Source: an uncultured Candidatus Saccharibacteria bacterium
GTDB taxonomy: Bacteria; Patescibacteriota; Minisyncoccia; 2-02-FULL-40-12; GWA2-44-9
Assembly: GCA_964488565.1 (NCBI GenBank)
Contig: CAZAUE010000004.1
Span: forward strand, 1 to 46,649
DNA length: 46,649 nucleotides
Direction of reading: 5' to 3'
The notes under the pieces were generated by a model. The model saw only the letters and a list, made by a program, of their open reading frames with translations, was not told the origin of the DNA and searched no databases. Of this stretch, positions 28,291-37,463 are shown one piece after another. The translations under genes were made by a program, and so were the position numbers. Every line of letters begins with the position of its first letter. Within the stretch, counting starts at the first letter, position 1.

Positions 28291-29241
28291 ATGTTGCTTA
28301 AAATAAATAATCTGATTAATAAGTTTTACTATCTTGTAACGAATATCACCGACACAAAAATGCGTCGGAGTTTTTATGTTTTTTCTAAAAAATATCAAGA
28401 ATTTTACAACAAAATAAATCTCGCAAACGAGATTGATGATTTTGTGGTTCCTTTTTGGAAAGAAGCCTCAATGGAAATGGAAAAAATATTGAATAATATT
28501 GATTACTCTTTTTTAAATCAACCCCTCATAAGAAAAACCATGTTCATTACCAACAAACCAGACCTACGAAATAGTCAGCTGGACTTTTTGAGAGGTGTTT
28601 ATTCGAAAAAATTTTTAAAAAATACTCTCAAGGAGGAGCCCATCGGTAATCCCTTGATAGAAGATTGGGGTAATTTAACCTCCCACAACACAATTCACCA
28701 CCTATCCCACCTAACCAATTTTTCTATCTCTTCCAATGTGGAGTTGGATAAAATGAATACTATCATAGAGTGGGGTGGTGGCTATGGAAACATGGCTAGA
28801 ATATGCAGAAAGCTTATCCCCCATGGGACCTATATTATTATTGACGTTCCCGTATTTTCCGCCTTGCAAGGAATTTATCTGTCCACAATATTAGGGGAAG
28901 ATTCCATCAATGTCGTTAGTGCGGAAAATAAAATTAAGAATGGTAAAATAAACATAGTACCCCTATCAAAAGAATTGATAAATTCATTAAACCTAGTAAA
29001 CGCAGATCTATTCATGAGCACATGGGCACTAACGGAATCTTCCACATATGCCCTAGATTATGTTAAATCAAAATCCTACTTCAATTCAAATTACCTACTA
29101 CTTGCTCATGTTGCGGATAATGAGAAAATATCCTCAGTAACGACAAAAATAATGGACAATTTGAATGGTTATACAATCATGGCCCACAACAAGATAAATA
29201 ACCTAAAAAATAACTACTATCTTTTTGGTAAAAAAAAATGA
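28291..29241 (+). CDS. putative sugar O-methyltransferase (TIGR04371-like)
   Basis: EEPIGNP, IEWGGGYGNMAR, YIIIDVP…LQ..YL, DLFMSTWALTE. Confidence 0.7.
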   Translation: MLLKINNLINKFYYLVTNITDTKMRRSFYVFSKKYQEFYNKINLANEIDDFVVPFWKEASMEMEKILNNIDYSFLNQPLIRKTMFITNKPDLRNSQLDFLRGVYSKKFLKNTLKEEPIGNPLIEDWGNLTSHNTIHHLSHLTNFSISSNVELDKMNTIIEWGGGYGNMARICRKLIPHGTYIIIDVPVFSALQGIYLSTILGEDSINVVSAENKIKNGKINIVPLSKELINSLNLVNADLFMSTWALTESSTYALDYVKSKSYFNSNYLLLAHVADNEKISSVTTKIMDNLNGYTIMAHNKINNLKNNYYLFGKKK

Positions 29242-30230
29242 ACAATAAAACTTTAAATTTTTGTACACTTTTGGATTCAAACTATCTTTCAAGATGTGTA
29301 GCAATGTATTATTCTCTGACAGAAAATTGTCCTAATTTTCATTTATACATCTTCACCTTTGATGACAACAGTCACCGTGTCCTAAGCAAGCTCAATCTAC
29401 CATCAACAACGATAATACCTCGGAACGAATTTGAGGATGAACAGCTCTTGAGCGTCAAATCCAAAAGAAGTAGTGCTGAATATTATTGGACATGCACACC
29501 CTCTGTAATCAAATATTCAATTGAAAAATACAACTTAAGCGAGTGTACCTACATAGATGCCGATTTGTTCTTTTTTGGCCCTCCTCAGGCGTTATTAGAC
29601 GAACTTGGCGATAATTCAATACTTATAGTAAGTCACGGATATGGACCAGGTCATGACAAAGCTCTAAAGTATGGAAAATACTGTGTACAATTCAACACAT
29701 TTAAAAACAATACGGATGGCATGACAGCTCTAATTTGGTGGCGAGATAGATGCATTGAGTGGTGCTATGTCAGACTCGAAGATGGCAAATTTGGTGATCA
29801 AAAATATCTAGATGATTGGCTAGAAAGGTTTTCGGGTGTTCACGAACTTCAACATCTTGGTGGCGGAGTAGCTCCATGGAACGATAATCGATATAATTTT
29901 CACCTAAAAGGAGGCAACGTTTGGATCAGCGACAATGGAATAAAAAAAGAATTTCCTCTAATTTTCTATCATTTCCACAGAACCAACATTTACAAAATTC
30001 TTGGAAAAATCAAGATAAAAAGTCACTATCTTTTTGTTAACCAAAACCACAATCTCCAAAGAATGGTTTATGATAAGTATGAAAAAGCTATCACCAAATC
30101 AATCGTGTTGCTAGAGAAAGTTGGGTTTAGTTCTGAGTTTAACAGTAATTTTGAATATCTTTTTAAATCTCTTCAGGAAATGTTGCCAAGCTTTATTAAA
30201 CGCCCCATTAAGAATCTCTTCCGTTTTTAA
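29238..30230 (+). CDS. GT-A fold glycosyltransferase
   Basis: FCTLLDSNYL, EYYWTCTP, YIDAD (DxD), FGDQKYLDDW, APWN, FYHFH. Confidence 0.8.
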   Translation: MNNKTLNFCTLLDSNYLSRCVAMYYSLTENCPNFHLYIFTFDDNSHRVLSKLNLPSTTIIPRNEFEDEQLLSVKSKRSSAEYYWTCTPSVIKYSIEKYNLSECTYIDADLFFFGPPQALLDELGDNSILIVSHGYGPGHDKALKYGKYCVQFNTFKNNTDGMTALIWWRDRCIEWCYVRLEDGKFGDQKYLDDWLERFSGVHELQHLGGGVAPWNDNRYNFHLKGGNVWISDNGIKKEFPLIFYHFHRTNIYKILGKIKIKSHYLFVNQNHNLQRMVYDKYEKAITKSIVLLEKVGFSSEFNSNFEYLFKSLQEMLPSFIKRPIKNLFRF

Positions 30231-30705
30231 ATGACTCAACAAATTCCTCGATTTTCTTCCACGACTCTTTGGTTTCTATTTCTTCTACGGGAATATCGAG
30301 CTGTTCTTTAAACTCGGGGTCCCACGAAGGAAACCTATAGCAAAGGATGCATGCCTGCTCAGTACCAACATTAGCCATATAATGAGCCGAACCAAGAGGG
30401 ATTTCATAGGTTTTGAAGTCACCATCTCCAGACTCAAATTCCTGCTTTGTGTTCTGGTCAAGATAGACAATTGTTTTAATCTTTCCACTAATGCACGTAA
30501 TGAAGTATTGGGCTCCAGCATGAATATGGTAGCCCTTCTCAACACCAGGATCAATTGTTGTCATATAGACTTGGCCATTAATGTTCTTTGTGAACCCATC
30601 CTTATCGCTCATAATCTCAAGGAGCCAGCCATTAACCGATTTCTGGTCTAAAGATCGAGTATCTACTTTTTTACAAGGTTTTATTTTTATAAAATCTTTA
30701 CTCAT
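30208..30705 (-). CDS. cupin protein, RmlC/WxcM-like sugar epimerase/isomerase
   Basis: GWLLE, QVY.TTI.PG..KGYHIH, IP.G.AH cupin motifs. Confidence 0.65.
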   Translation of the reverse strand: MSKDFIKIKPCKKVDTRSLDQKSVNGWLLEIMSDKDGFTKNINGQVYMTTIDPGVEKGYHIHAGAQYFITCISGKIKTIVYLDQNTKQEFESGDGDFKTYEIPLGSAHYMANVGTEQACILCYRFPSWDPEFKEQLDIPVEEIETKESWKKIEEFVESFKNGRDS

Positions 30706-31747
30706 TAATTTTATGCAACAAATCAGAAACTATTGCTTTTGGAGTACACTTCTCTAAAAACAGTTCGTGTCCATTTTGAGCTATTATTTTTCTAAGTTCG
30801 TGGTTATTTTTTATCTCCAATATTTTATTCGCCAGATCTTCAGAATTAGACCTGACGCACAATAACACATTCTTCCCATCTTCAAACATTTCTCGAATAG
30901 CCAAGGTGTTGGCCGTTATCGTTGGTTTAGCCATGGCAATCGATTCAAAGATTTTATTTGGAATAACCATATCCGCCTTTATTGTGTCTCCGAAAATTCC
31001 TAGACAAACATCTGCTCTTGAAATATGCTCGGGCAAGTTTGCATAGGGAACCTTAGTTATCCAGTTTATGTTGTCCAATTCCAAATTTTCAGCAATTTTT
31101 CGCACTCTTAAATACTCCTGACCACTTCCTATTATTTGGAAAGTAATTCCTTTGTTTTTTAAAATATGTGCCGCCCTGATTATATATTCTACTCCCTGTA
31201 AAGGAATGAAGTGTCCGTGAAAATGTACTAAAAAACCATTATTCTTTATAAATTCTCTGGGATAAAAAACCTCCGAATCTGTGCCCACAAAAACCCTTAA
31301 AAACTTACCTCTTTTTAATCCGAATTTTTTTACAAAGTACTCAATGTGAGTGTTGGTATCCAATAAAATTTTATCGGCAAGAGTACACGCCAACCAATCA
31401 AGCAACCAGTAATAACTTGCCTGAATTGAAAACTTGCCTAGGGTCTTTCTGTCTTCTGTTGCCTGATTATAAATCGAATAAAATGAATCATAAACAATCG
31501 GTTTACTGGTAATAAATCGAGCAAGTATCATGGACTGAAACCCTGGATATGCAACCAATAATACGTCATATTTTCCTCTCAAGTGCCAGTGTTTTTTTAT
31601 CAGATCAAAATACTTTTTTACGCCAGAAAGTCGACTATTACATTCAATAATCTCAACCCCATTGGCCTTAAACCCTTTTATCAATACCCTGTTCCGACTA
31701 TATTCGGGGTCATAAATTCCAAAAAAACAAACTTTTTTTATTTCCAT
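30698..31747 (-). CDS. GT4 glycosyltransferase
   Basis: FGIYDPEYSRN, FHGHFIPLQG, ADVCLGIFG, IPNKIFESIAM. Confidence 0.85.
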   Translation of the reverse strand: MEIKKVCFFGIYDPEYSRNRVLIKGFKANGVEIIECNSRLSGVKKYFDLIKKHWHLRGKYDVLLVAYPGFQSMILARFITSKPIVYDSFYSIYNQATEDRKTLGKFSIQASYYWLLDWLACTLADKILLDTNTHIEYFVKKFGLKRGKFLRVFVGTDSEVFYPREFIKNNGFLVHFHGHFIPLQGVEYIIRAAHILKNKGITFQIIGSGQEYLRVRKIAENLELDNINWITKVPYANLPEHISRADVCLGIFGDTIKADMVIPNKIFESIAMAKPTITANTLAIREMFEDGKNVLLCVRSNSEDLANKILEIKNNHELRKIIAQNGHELFLEKCTPKAIVSDLLHKINE

Positions 31748-33459
31748 AGATATTTTATAAATTTACCCAAAATAGGCACTGAACGTATCCGTCGTTTTGT
31801 ATATTCAAATCTTCTTTCAGATAAGCGCTGACTCGTGCTTATATCAATACCCTCCTTCTTAAATAATTGAATCGCATCGAATGTCCATCTGCCTTTTTTA
31901 ATTCCTGTTGATTTTACATATTGAATAACGGGTTTTTTTACACTCAAAAACAATCTCCTATTCTGATCAGAATGTGTTTTAAGCTCAAAATCCCATCCGG
32001 TCTCTCCGTCAACAAGAATCCCATCTAAATATTCCTTATTCCACAATGCTGTTTGTGTGGAGATTCTGTATGGAGCATCATCACTTATTTTTCCCAGGTT
32101 TGGAAATTCGGAATATGAAGTATTTGGGCCTGGTGAAGGAAATAAGCGCAAACAAGCAAGATTTGTTTTTTGAGCATAACTCACCAAAGAAATAATTGTA
32201 GCGGTATCAATCTTCTTGTTAAGAAAATAATCCTCCTGAAAATATATAACATATTGGGTATCAATTTGTCTTAATGTTTCCTTAAGATTTGAAGACCATT
32301 TACGGTCAGGGCTGATGGCAATTGTTCTAACTCTTTCATCATCATATCTCTTCCCATTTGTAATCAAGTAAACAGGAAACGGGCAATCGGGCCAATATTT
32401 AAAGAATAATCTAAAAAACGGTTGCCATGCATCTTCAAAACCATCACATGACGAAACAACAACGGAACATGAATTGGATATTTCAGCCAACCTACTTTCC
32501 GCTGATGAAATTATTGTTTTAACCCTAGCAACAGCGGAATGGTCACGAAGTATTGTTTCATATTCTCCTCCAAGTTCAGATTCAGCATAAGAAGTTCTCA
32601 GCATATCTCCGACTTCAGCCAATTTTGTTTTAAAACCCTCAAGGTCGCTAAACTCAATAATCCGCTTATATGGCAGTGCCTGCTCCGGATTCGTAAAAAT
32701 ATCAATTGCTTCCGTCATCAATAGACAATTATTTCCCAAAATTTCCCAAAAACGAGCCGTGTCATATCCCCCACCCCCAACAGAGACACCCACCTTTGCT
32801 CGAGCCAAAAGTTCATAAAATTCATCTTGGGTTTTAGTTTTTTTGGTTATGCATTTAAAACCATTCCTGAGACAATATTCTTCCAAATATTCCCGAACAT
32901 CCCGCCTTAAGGGTGGGAAGTCTTCCTGCCCAAAAATGCAAACAAAGTCAACATCTTTGTTTGCTTCCAATGAATAATTCTTATGGTATCTAGATTCAAT
33001 CCCATAGGGCAGTGGAATCACTCCTTCAACATACGGCTTCTCTCGTCTAAAATACAAAAGACATCTTTTAAGCATCTCTTCGTTAATTTTTCCATTATCT
33101 AACCACTCACCCTCGCTCACAGATTTCAAAACATCTTTATCGTATCTTCTGTTTTTTCCCAGTTCCGAACCATCAATAAAAATGGTCTTTCCCCAGAGGT
33201 TAATTTTATTGGCCAAAGCAAAATCCGTGTCATCCTTACCCCAGCTTAGGAAAATAAAATCAGCGGTACGAGCAAAATCTAAAAAACTTTTCCTGTCTAA
33301 TAAGGAGTCTTTAAAGTTGTGTATTCTTGAGGGATACTTCGCTGAAGAAGATAAGAATTCCACTTGGCCTTCTTTTTTTAAAGAAACAAGACCATCAATA
33401 AGGGTTTCCGTAAGATAATCTATTTTTTTTACAGGAGTTATTAATGCAATTTTAACCAT
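31738..33459 (-). CDS. two-domain glycosyltransferase-like fusion (GT-B-like N-terminus, GT-A-like C-terminus)
   Basis: N half: YFRRE, LARAKVGVSVGGGGYDTARFWE; C half: VVSSCD…W.PFF.LF.KYWP, YFQEDY, ETGWDFE. Confidence 0.6.
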   Translation of the reverse strand: MVKIALITPVKKIDYLTETLIDGLVSLKKEGQVEFLSSSAKYPSRIHNFKDSLLDRKSFLDFARTADFIFLSWGKDDTDFALANKINLWGKTIFIDGSELGKNRRYDKDVLKSVSEGEWLDNGKINEEMLKRCLLYFRREKPYVEGVIPLPYGIESRYHKNYSLEANKDVDFVCIFGQEDFPPLRRDVREYLEEYCLRNGFKCITKKTKTQDEFYELLARAKVGVSVGGGGYDTARFWEILGNNCLLMTEAIDIFTNPEQALPYKRIIEFSDLEGFKTKLAEVGDMLRTSYAESELGGEYETILRDHSAVARVKTIISSAESRLAEISNSCSVVVSSCDGFEDAWQPFFRLFFKYWPDCPFPVYLITNGKRYDDERVRTIAISPDRKWSSNLKETLRQIDTQYVIYFQEDYFLNKKIDTATIISLVSYAQKTNLACLRLFPSPGPNTSYSEFPNLGKISDDAPYRISTQTALWNKEYLDGILVDGETGWDFELKTHSDQNRRLFLSVKKPVIQYVKSTGIKKGRWTFDAIQLFKKEGIDISTSQRLSERRFEYTKRRIRSVPILGKFIKYLWK

Positions 33460-34483
33460 AGAGACTTCTTATTTTTTTAACCAATCCTGTTAAATTGTGT
33501 TTTTTTTCAACAAAAACCCTCTCCTCTTTACCTAAAGACTCTCGATCAGTTTCAGACATGTTAAAAACAACCTCTAGAGAATCTGCTATCTCTATTGGAT
33601 TATCACTGACAATCCGCATGCCACCAGCATCCTCAAAGGCCCTGTTTGTTGTTACAACAGGCACCTCACACGCCATTGCACTCAAAACCGCTTTATCATA
33701 CGACCCCGCCTTAGTGAAACTTGCCAAAAGACTGTAACTATTAAATACTTCGGGCAACATTTGATAATCAACAGGGTTGGTTATTTCAATTTTACCGTTT
33801 AAGTTATAATCCGTAATCATTTTTTTTAATTCTAAAAAATACGAACGATGCGATAACGCATAATCACCCATAATATTACAGTAAAAATCTAATCCCCTCT
33901 CATTCAATATTTTTAATGACTCAATCAACAGTAGATGCCTTTTCACGGGCGATATTCGTCCCAAAAAAAGAATAGAGTTTGCCCTAGAATGGACGGCTTC
34001 TTCTTTTTTAAAAAATCGAGTATCAATTCCGTGCCCAGTGGCAAGAACTTTTTCAGACAGAAGTGGGAAAGAAGATTTATCAGCAGTAACGATTCTATCT
34101 ACCATTAGTTCGGCCACCCTAAGTTTAAAAGTATCGGAAATGTGTGTATACCACAGAACAATCTTCTTTTTGCTTAATCTCCAAAAAACAGAACCCAGGA
34201 TACCATAAATAGGGTTCATGTGAATAAATACCCCATCATAGTTATTTCTTTCTTTCCAGATAATTGAATAAAAATGAGCAAGATAACCCAAACGAGAACC
34301 GCCTTTTTCTTTTCCAAGAGATATCACCCTCACATTAGATGGTTGGCTATATTGACCACGCTGAAGACACACAACAACAACAGAGTCAAAATTAAGGGAG
34401 AACTCCCTAATCCAATCGCAAACAAAACCAAGCACATGGTCTTGTTGATCAACTTTTTGTGTTATGAAAAGCAGTTTTGCCAT
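33452..34483 (-). CDS. GT4 glycosyltransferase (GSxDKA subtype)
   Basis: ITQKVD, GHGIDT, GRISPVK, GSYDKAVLSAMACEVPV. Confidence 0.8.
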   Translation of the reverse strand: MAKLLFITQKVDQQDHVLGFVCDWIREFSLNFDSVVVVCLQRGQYSQPSNVRVISLGKEKGGSRLGYLAHFYSIIWKERNNYDGVFIHMNPIYGILGSVFWRLSKKKIVLWYTHISDTFKLRVAELMVDRIVTADKSSFPLLSEKVLATGHGIDTRFFKKEEAVHSRANSILFLGRISPVKRHLLLIESLKILNERGLDFYCNIMGDYALSHRSYFLELKKMITDYNLNGKIEITNPVDYQMLPEVFNSYSLLASFTKAGSYDKAVLSAMACEVPVVTTNRAFEDAGGMRIVSDNPIEIADSLEVVFNMSETDRESLGKEERVFVEKKHNLTGLVKKIRSLYG

Positions 34484-35565
34484 GATTTAAGATAATTAGA
34501 TAAATACTCTTCCTTTGTGGGTAAAGCTTTTACGGAATCAAGGGCGTGTTTTTTAATTTCTTCCATAGATTCTTTGTTTTCAATTGCATAGATAATTTTT
34601 TCAATAAATTCAATCTGACTGTTTGTGTTAAAAGAAAGACAAGTGTATCCTGCTGAAAATATATCGCCAGATAAAATCATATTACTCATAAGTACCGGGC
34701 AACCTGCCGCCATTGCCTCAACGGCAGTTCTAACAAAGCCTTCATAAAAAGAAGGCAATAAAAGAATGTCGGATGTTTTAAAGTAAGACACCAAATCATC
34801 ACTCCATGATTCAAAAATAATACTAGGGTTATTCTGTGACATTTTTTTAAATTTTTTCTCTTCAGGGCCAGAACCGACTATCAACAGTCCCGTCTTTGGG
34901 TATCTGGAAACTATTTCCTTCGTAGACAAGATGGCCAGATCTATATTTTTTTGCTTAACCAGTCGAGAAGCAATTAACATCAAGAAGTTGAATTGGGGAT
35001 ATTTTTGATGCAGATTCGTTTTAACGGGATAATTAATTATCTTTTCCACGTCAGTAAAAACAGGAAGAACGAAAATTTTATTTTCAGAAATTCCAAAGCT
35101 AACAAGATCATCTTTTATCTTTTCTGAAACAACCCTGATACCATCGGCTTTTGGCAAAATTTTCTTGGCAATAAAAACTGATATCCAATTAAGTAGCGAT
35201 TCGTTTTTAAAATAAGGCCCAAAAAGATCTATATGGATTTGCATCTGGATAGGTTTTTTAAGTTTTATTTTTAAAAGATACCCTATCAATCCCGTAAAAA
35301 ATGGATCCTGAGTAGATATTAGATATTCACCACTACCCGAACCCAAAATATCCTTGCCTAATTTATATGCCCTAAGTAGGCTTTTTATCTTATTTTTTGA
35401 AGTTGTAAAAACAGATAAATTTTTGTCGTGTTTGTTTTCACCGGCAGAGCCCAGTACTATTATGTCTAGTTTTTCAACAAGACCGGCATACTCAAATAAA
35501 CGCTTCCCTGTTGGGCTATCAAAATTCAACGCATTTTTATCTAAACCAATAGTTAATACTTTCAT
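34462..35565 (-). CDS. GT4 glycosyltransferase
   Basis: TQDPF, IRVVS, SRLVKQK, IVGSGPE, EGFVRTAVEAMAAG. Confidence 0.85.
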   Translation of the reverse strand: MKVLTIGLDKNALNFDSPTGKRLFEYAGLVEKLDIIVLGSAGENKHDKNLSVFTTSKNKIKSLLRAYKLGKDILGSGSGEYLISTQDPFFTGLIGYLLKIKLKKPIQMQIHIDLFGPYFKNESLLNWISVFIAKKILPKADGIRVVSEKIKDDLVSFGISENKIFVLPVFTDVEKIINYPVKTNLHQKYPQFNFLMLIASRLVKQKNIDLAILSTKEIVSRYPKTGLLIVGSGPEEKKFKKMSQNNPSIIFESWSDDLVSYFKTSDILLLPSFYEGFVRTAVEAMAAGCPVLMSNMILSGDIFSAGYTCLSFNTNSQIEFIEKIIYAIENKESMEEIKKHALDSVKALPTKEEYLSNYLKSWQNCFS

Positions 35566-36731
35566 GAGTTCAATAGTTTTAATGTTTCATCATACATTTT
35601 TTCAACACTGAAACGTTCTGTTGTCTTTTTACCATTCTCAACAAACTCATCTCTCAACTCCTGACTTTCCCATAATGTTTTTATGGCTTCTACAATATTA
35701 AACTCATCATTATATCGGACAAGAAAACCATTTTCACCCTGTTTGATTATCTCCTTGTTGCCACCAACCGCTGTTGCGATAACTGGCACACCTGCCGACA
35801 TTGCCTCTAAAATAGACTGGGGAAAGGCCTCAAAACCACTTCCGAGAATGTAAATATCGGAAGCTGCCAAATATACCGCTAATTCATCTCGAGATTTCTT
35901 GCCCACCAAGTAAACCTTACGATCTAATCCTAAATTTCTAACCATTGCTTCCAGCATCTTTTTATCGGGCCCCTCACCAACAATTACCAAACGGAAAAAT
36001 TGACTTATATTAAGCAGTTGGGGCATTATCTTGATTAGCATTCTAAAACCTTTTAGTGGAATAAGCCGTCCTGACGAAATAATAATATTTCCAGGAATTC
36101 CTATTTTTTTTCTTGCATCTTCTTTTGTTAACTCGCTTATTTTGAGACTTGAACCGGTATAAATTATTTTGATTTTATCCTGTTTAATTCCCCATCCTTG
36201 AACTATTTTTGCCATACACTCAGAAGGAACAATCACATGTGATGCCTTTTTACACACCCAGACCTGACTCTTGTGAAGAATTTTTGTCCAACCCTTTTTA
36301 TCTGAAGACTGAAAATCATTTATAAGCAAGCCGGTTTTTTTATTTACAATAGCCATGTCCCATGCATAATCTCCAACAACCCTTACCACTAATTTTTTTC
36401 TAAAAAACCTAGACACTATAGCTGCTGGAACCCCGACACTTACAATGTTAAGTGAATATATAACATCAGAGTTTTTTGCTTCAATCAATATTCTCAAGAG
36501 AAACACTAGATGTTTAAAAAAACGAGGCAAATTTTTCCAAATTCGGACAACCTTATACGCTAAAAATTTATCGCCCTTCTTAGAGGCACTTGAATAGGTA
36601 ATAACTGTGACCTTCAAGCCCTCTTTTGAAAGTCTCTCTGCTAAACTGGAAGCATATGAAGCTGGACCGCCTATTTCTGGCGGGAAAATACCTGTTGCTA
36701 TTAAAACTCTCTTTTCTTGTTTATCTTTCAT
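35562..36731 (-). CDS. GT4 glycosyltransferase
   Basis: FPPEIGGPA, GDYAW, GRLIPLKG, EAFPQSILEAMSAGVPV. Confidence 0.88.
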   Translation of the reverse strand: MKDKQEKRVLIATGIFPPEIGGPASYASSLAERLSKEGLKVTVITYSSASKKGDKFLAYKVVRIWKNLPRFFKHLVFLLRILIEAKNSDVIYSLNIVSVGVPAAIVSRFFRKKLVVRVVGDYAWDMAIVNKKTGLLINDFQSSDKKGWTKILHKSQVWVCKKASHVIVPSECMAKIVQGWGIKQDKIKIIYTGSSLKISELTKEDARKKIGIPGNIIISSGRLIPLKGFRMLIKIMPQLLNISQFFRLVIVGEGPDKKMLEAMVRNLGLDRKVYLVGKKSRDELAVYLAASDIYILGSGFEAFPQSILEAMSAGVPVIATAVGGNKEIIKQGENGFLVRYNDEFNIVEAIKTLWESQELRDEFVENGKKTTERFSVEKMYDETLKLLNS

Positions 36732-37435
36732 TATTTTCTTGTAAAAACATTAAATCTAATTATGTGCCAAATTGCCGCAAGACCATCTTTCCAGCCAATC
36801 TTTTTTCCCTCAGAATATGTTCGTCCATGATATGATATCCCTACTTCATATACTCGTAAACCATGTTTTGCAACTTGGGCAGTAATTTCTGGTTCTATTC
36901 CAAATTTATCTGAAGAAAGGCATGGCAATATTTCTTTTAACGCTTTTCCCGTAAAGGCCTTAAATCCTGTTTCCATATCCGACAAATTCAAACCAGTAAA
37001 AATATTGGACAAAAAAGTCACAAATTGATTGGCAAGATAGTGAGGGAAATAAAGAATTCTTCTTGGATAAACAGTAACAAATCTTGAGCCATATACAACA
37101 TCTGCGCGACCATTTAAGATTGGTTTTAAGACAATCTCATACTCAGCCGGGTCATATTCCATGTCTGCGTCTTGGATTATCACCATATCGCCTGTAGCGG
37201 CCCCAAATCCTTTTCTGATGGCCGAACCCTTACCCCTGTTCTTGTCTGACAATATAACCTTGTATTCGCTTTCTAGGGCTTTTAAAATCTCTCTGGAGCC
37301 ATCTGTGGAACCATCATCAATCAATATAACTTCTTTTTCATATGGCAATTCCACCTTTCTAATAGCAGACAAAAGAAGCGGAATGGTTTTCCTTTCATTA
37401 AATACGGGAACAATAATGCTAAGCTTCTTAAACAT
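36731..37435 (-). CDS. GT2 polyprenol-phosphate glycosyltransferase (DPM1-like)
   Basis: IIVPVFNE, IDDGSTDGS, NRGKG, QDADMEYDP, VYGSRF, DMETG.K, GKKIGWKDG. Confidence 0.9.
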   Translation of the reverse strand: MFKKLSIIVPVFNERKTIPLLLSAIRKVELPYEKEVILIDDGSTDGSREILKALESEYKVILSDKNRGKGSAIRKGFGAATGDMVIIQDADMEYDPAEYEIVLKPILNGRADVVYGSRFVTVYPRRILYFPHYLANQFVTFLSNIFTGLNLSDMETGFKAFTGKALKEILPCLSSDKFGIEPEITAQVAKHGLRVYEVGISYHGRTYSEGKKIGWKDGLAAIWHIIRFNVFTRK

Positions 37436-37463
37436 AATTTCTAATTACCTAATTACTAAATAA
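37435..37463 (-). repeat. solo heptamer-repeat arm at a gene junction
   Basis: Minus strand TTATTTA GTAATTA G GTAATTA GAAATTA|TG, ending in the start codon like the right arm at 40264. Confidence 0.5.

Noticed and set aside
26732-29238. Poly-A tracts at gene starts and junctions as phase-variation sites
   Set aside because: Runs of 7-9 A are common in this AT-rich, Lys-rich sequence and all frames are intact
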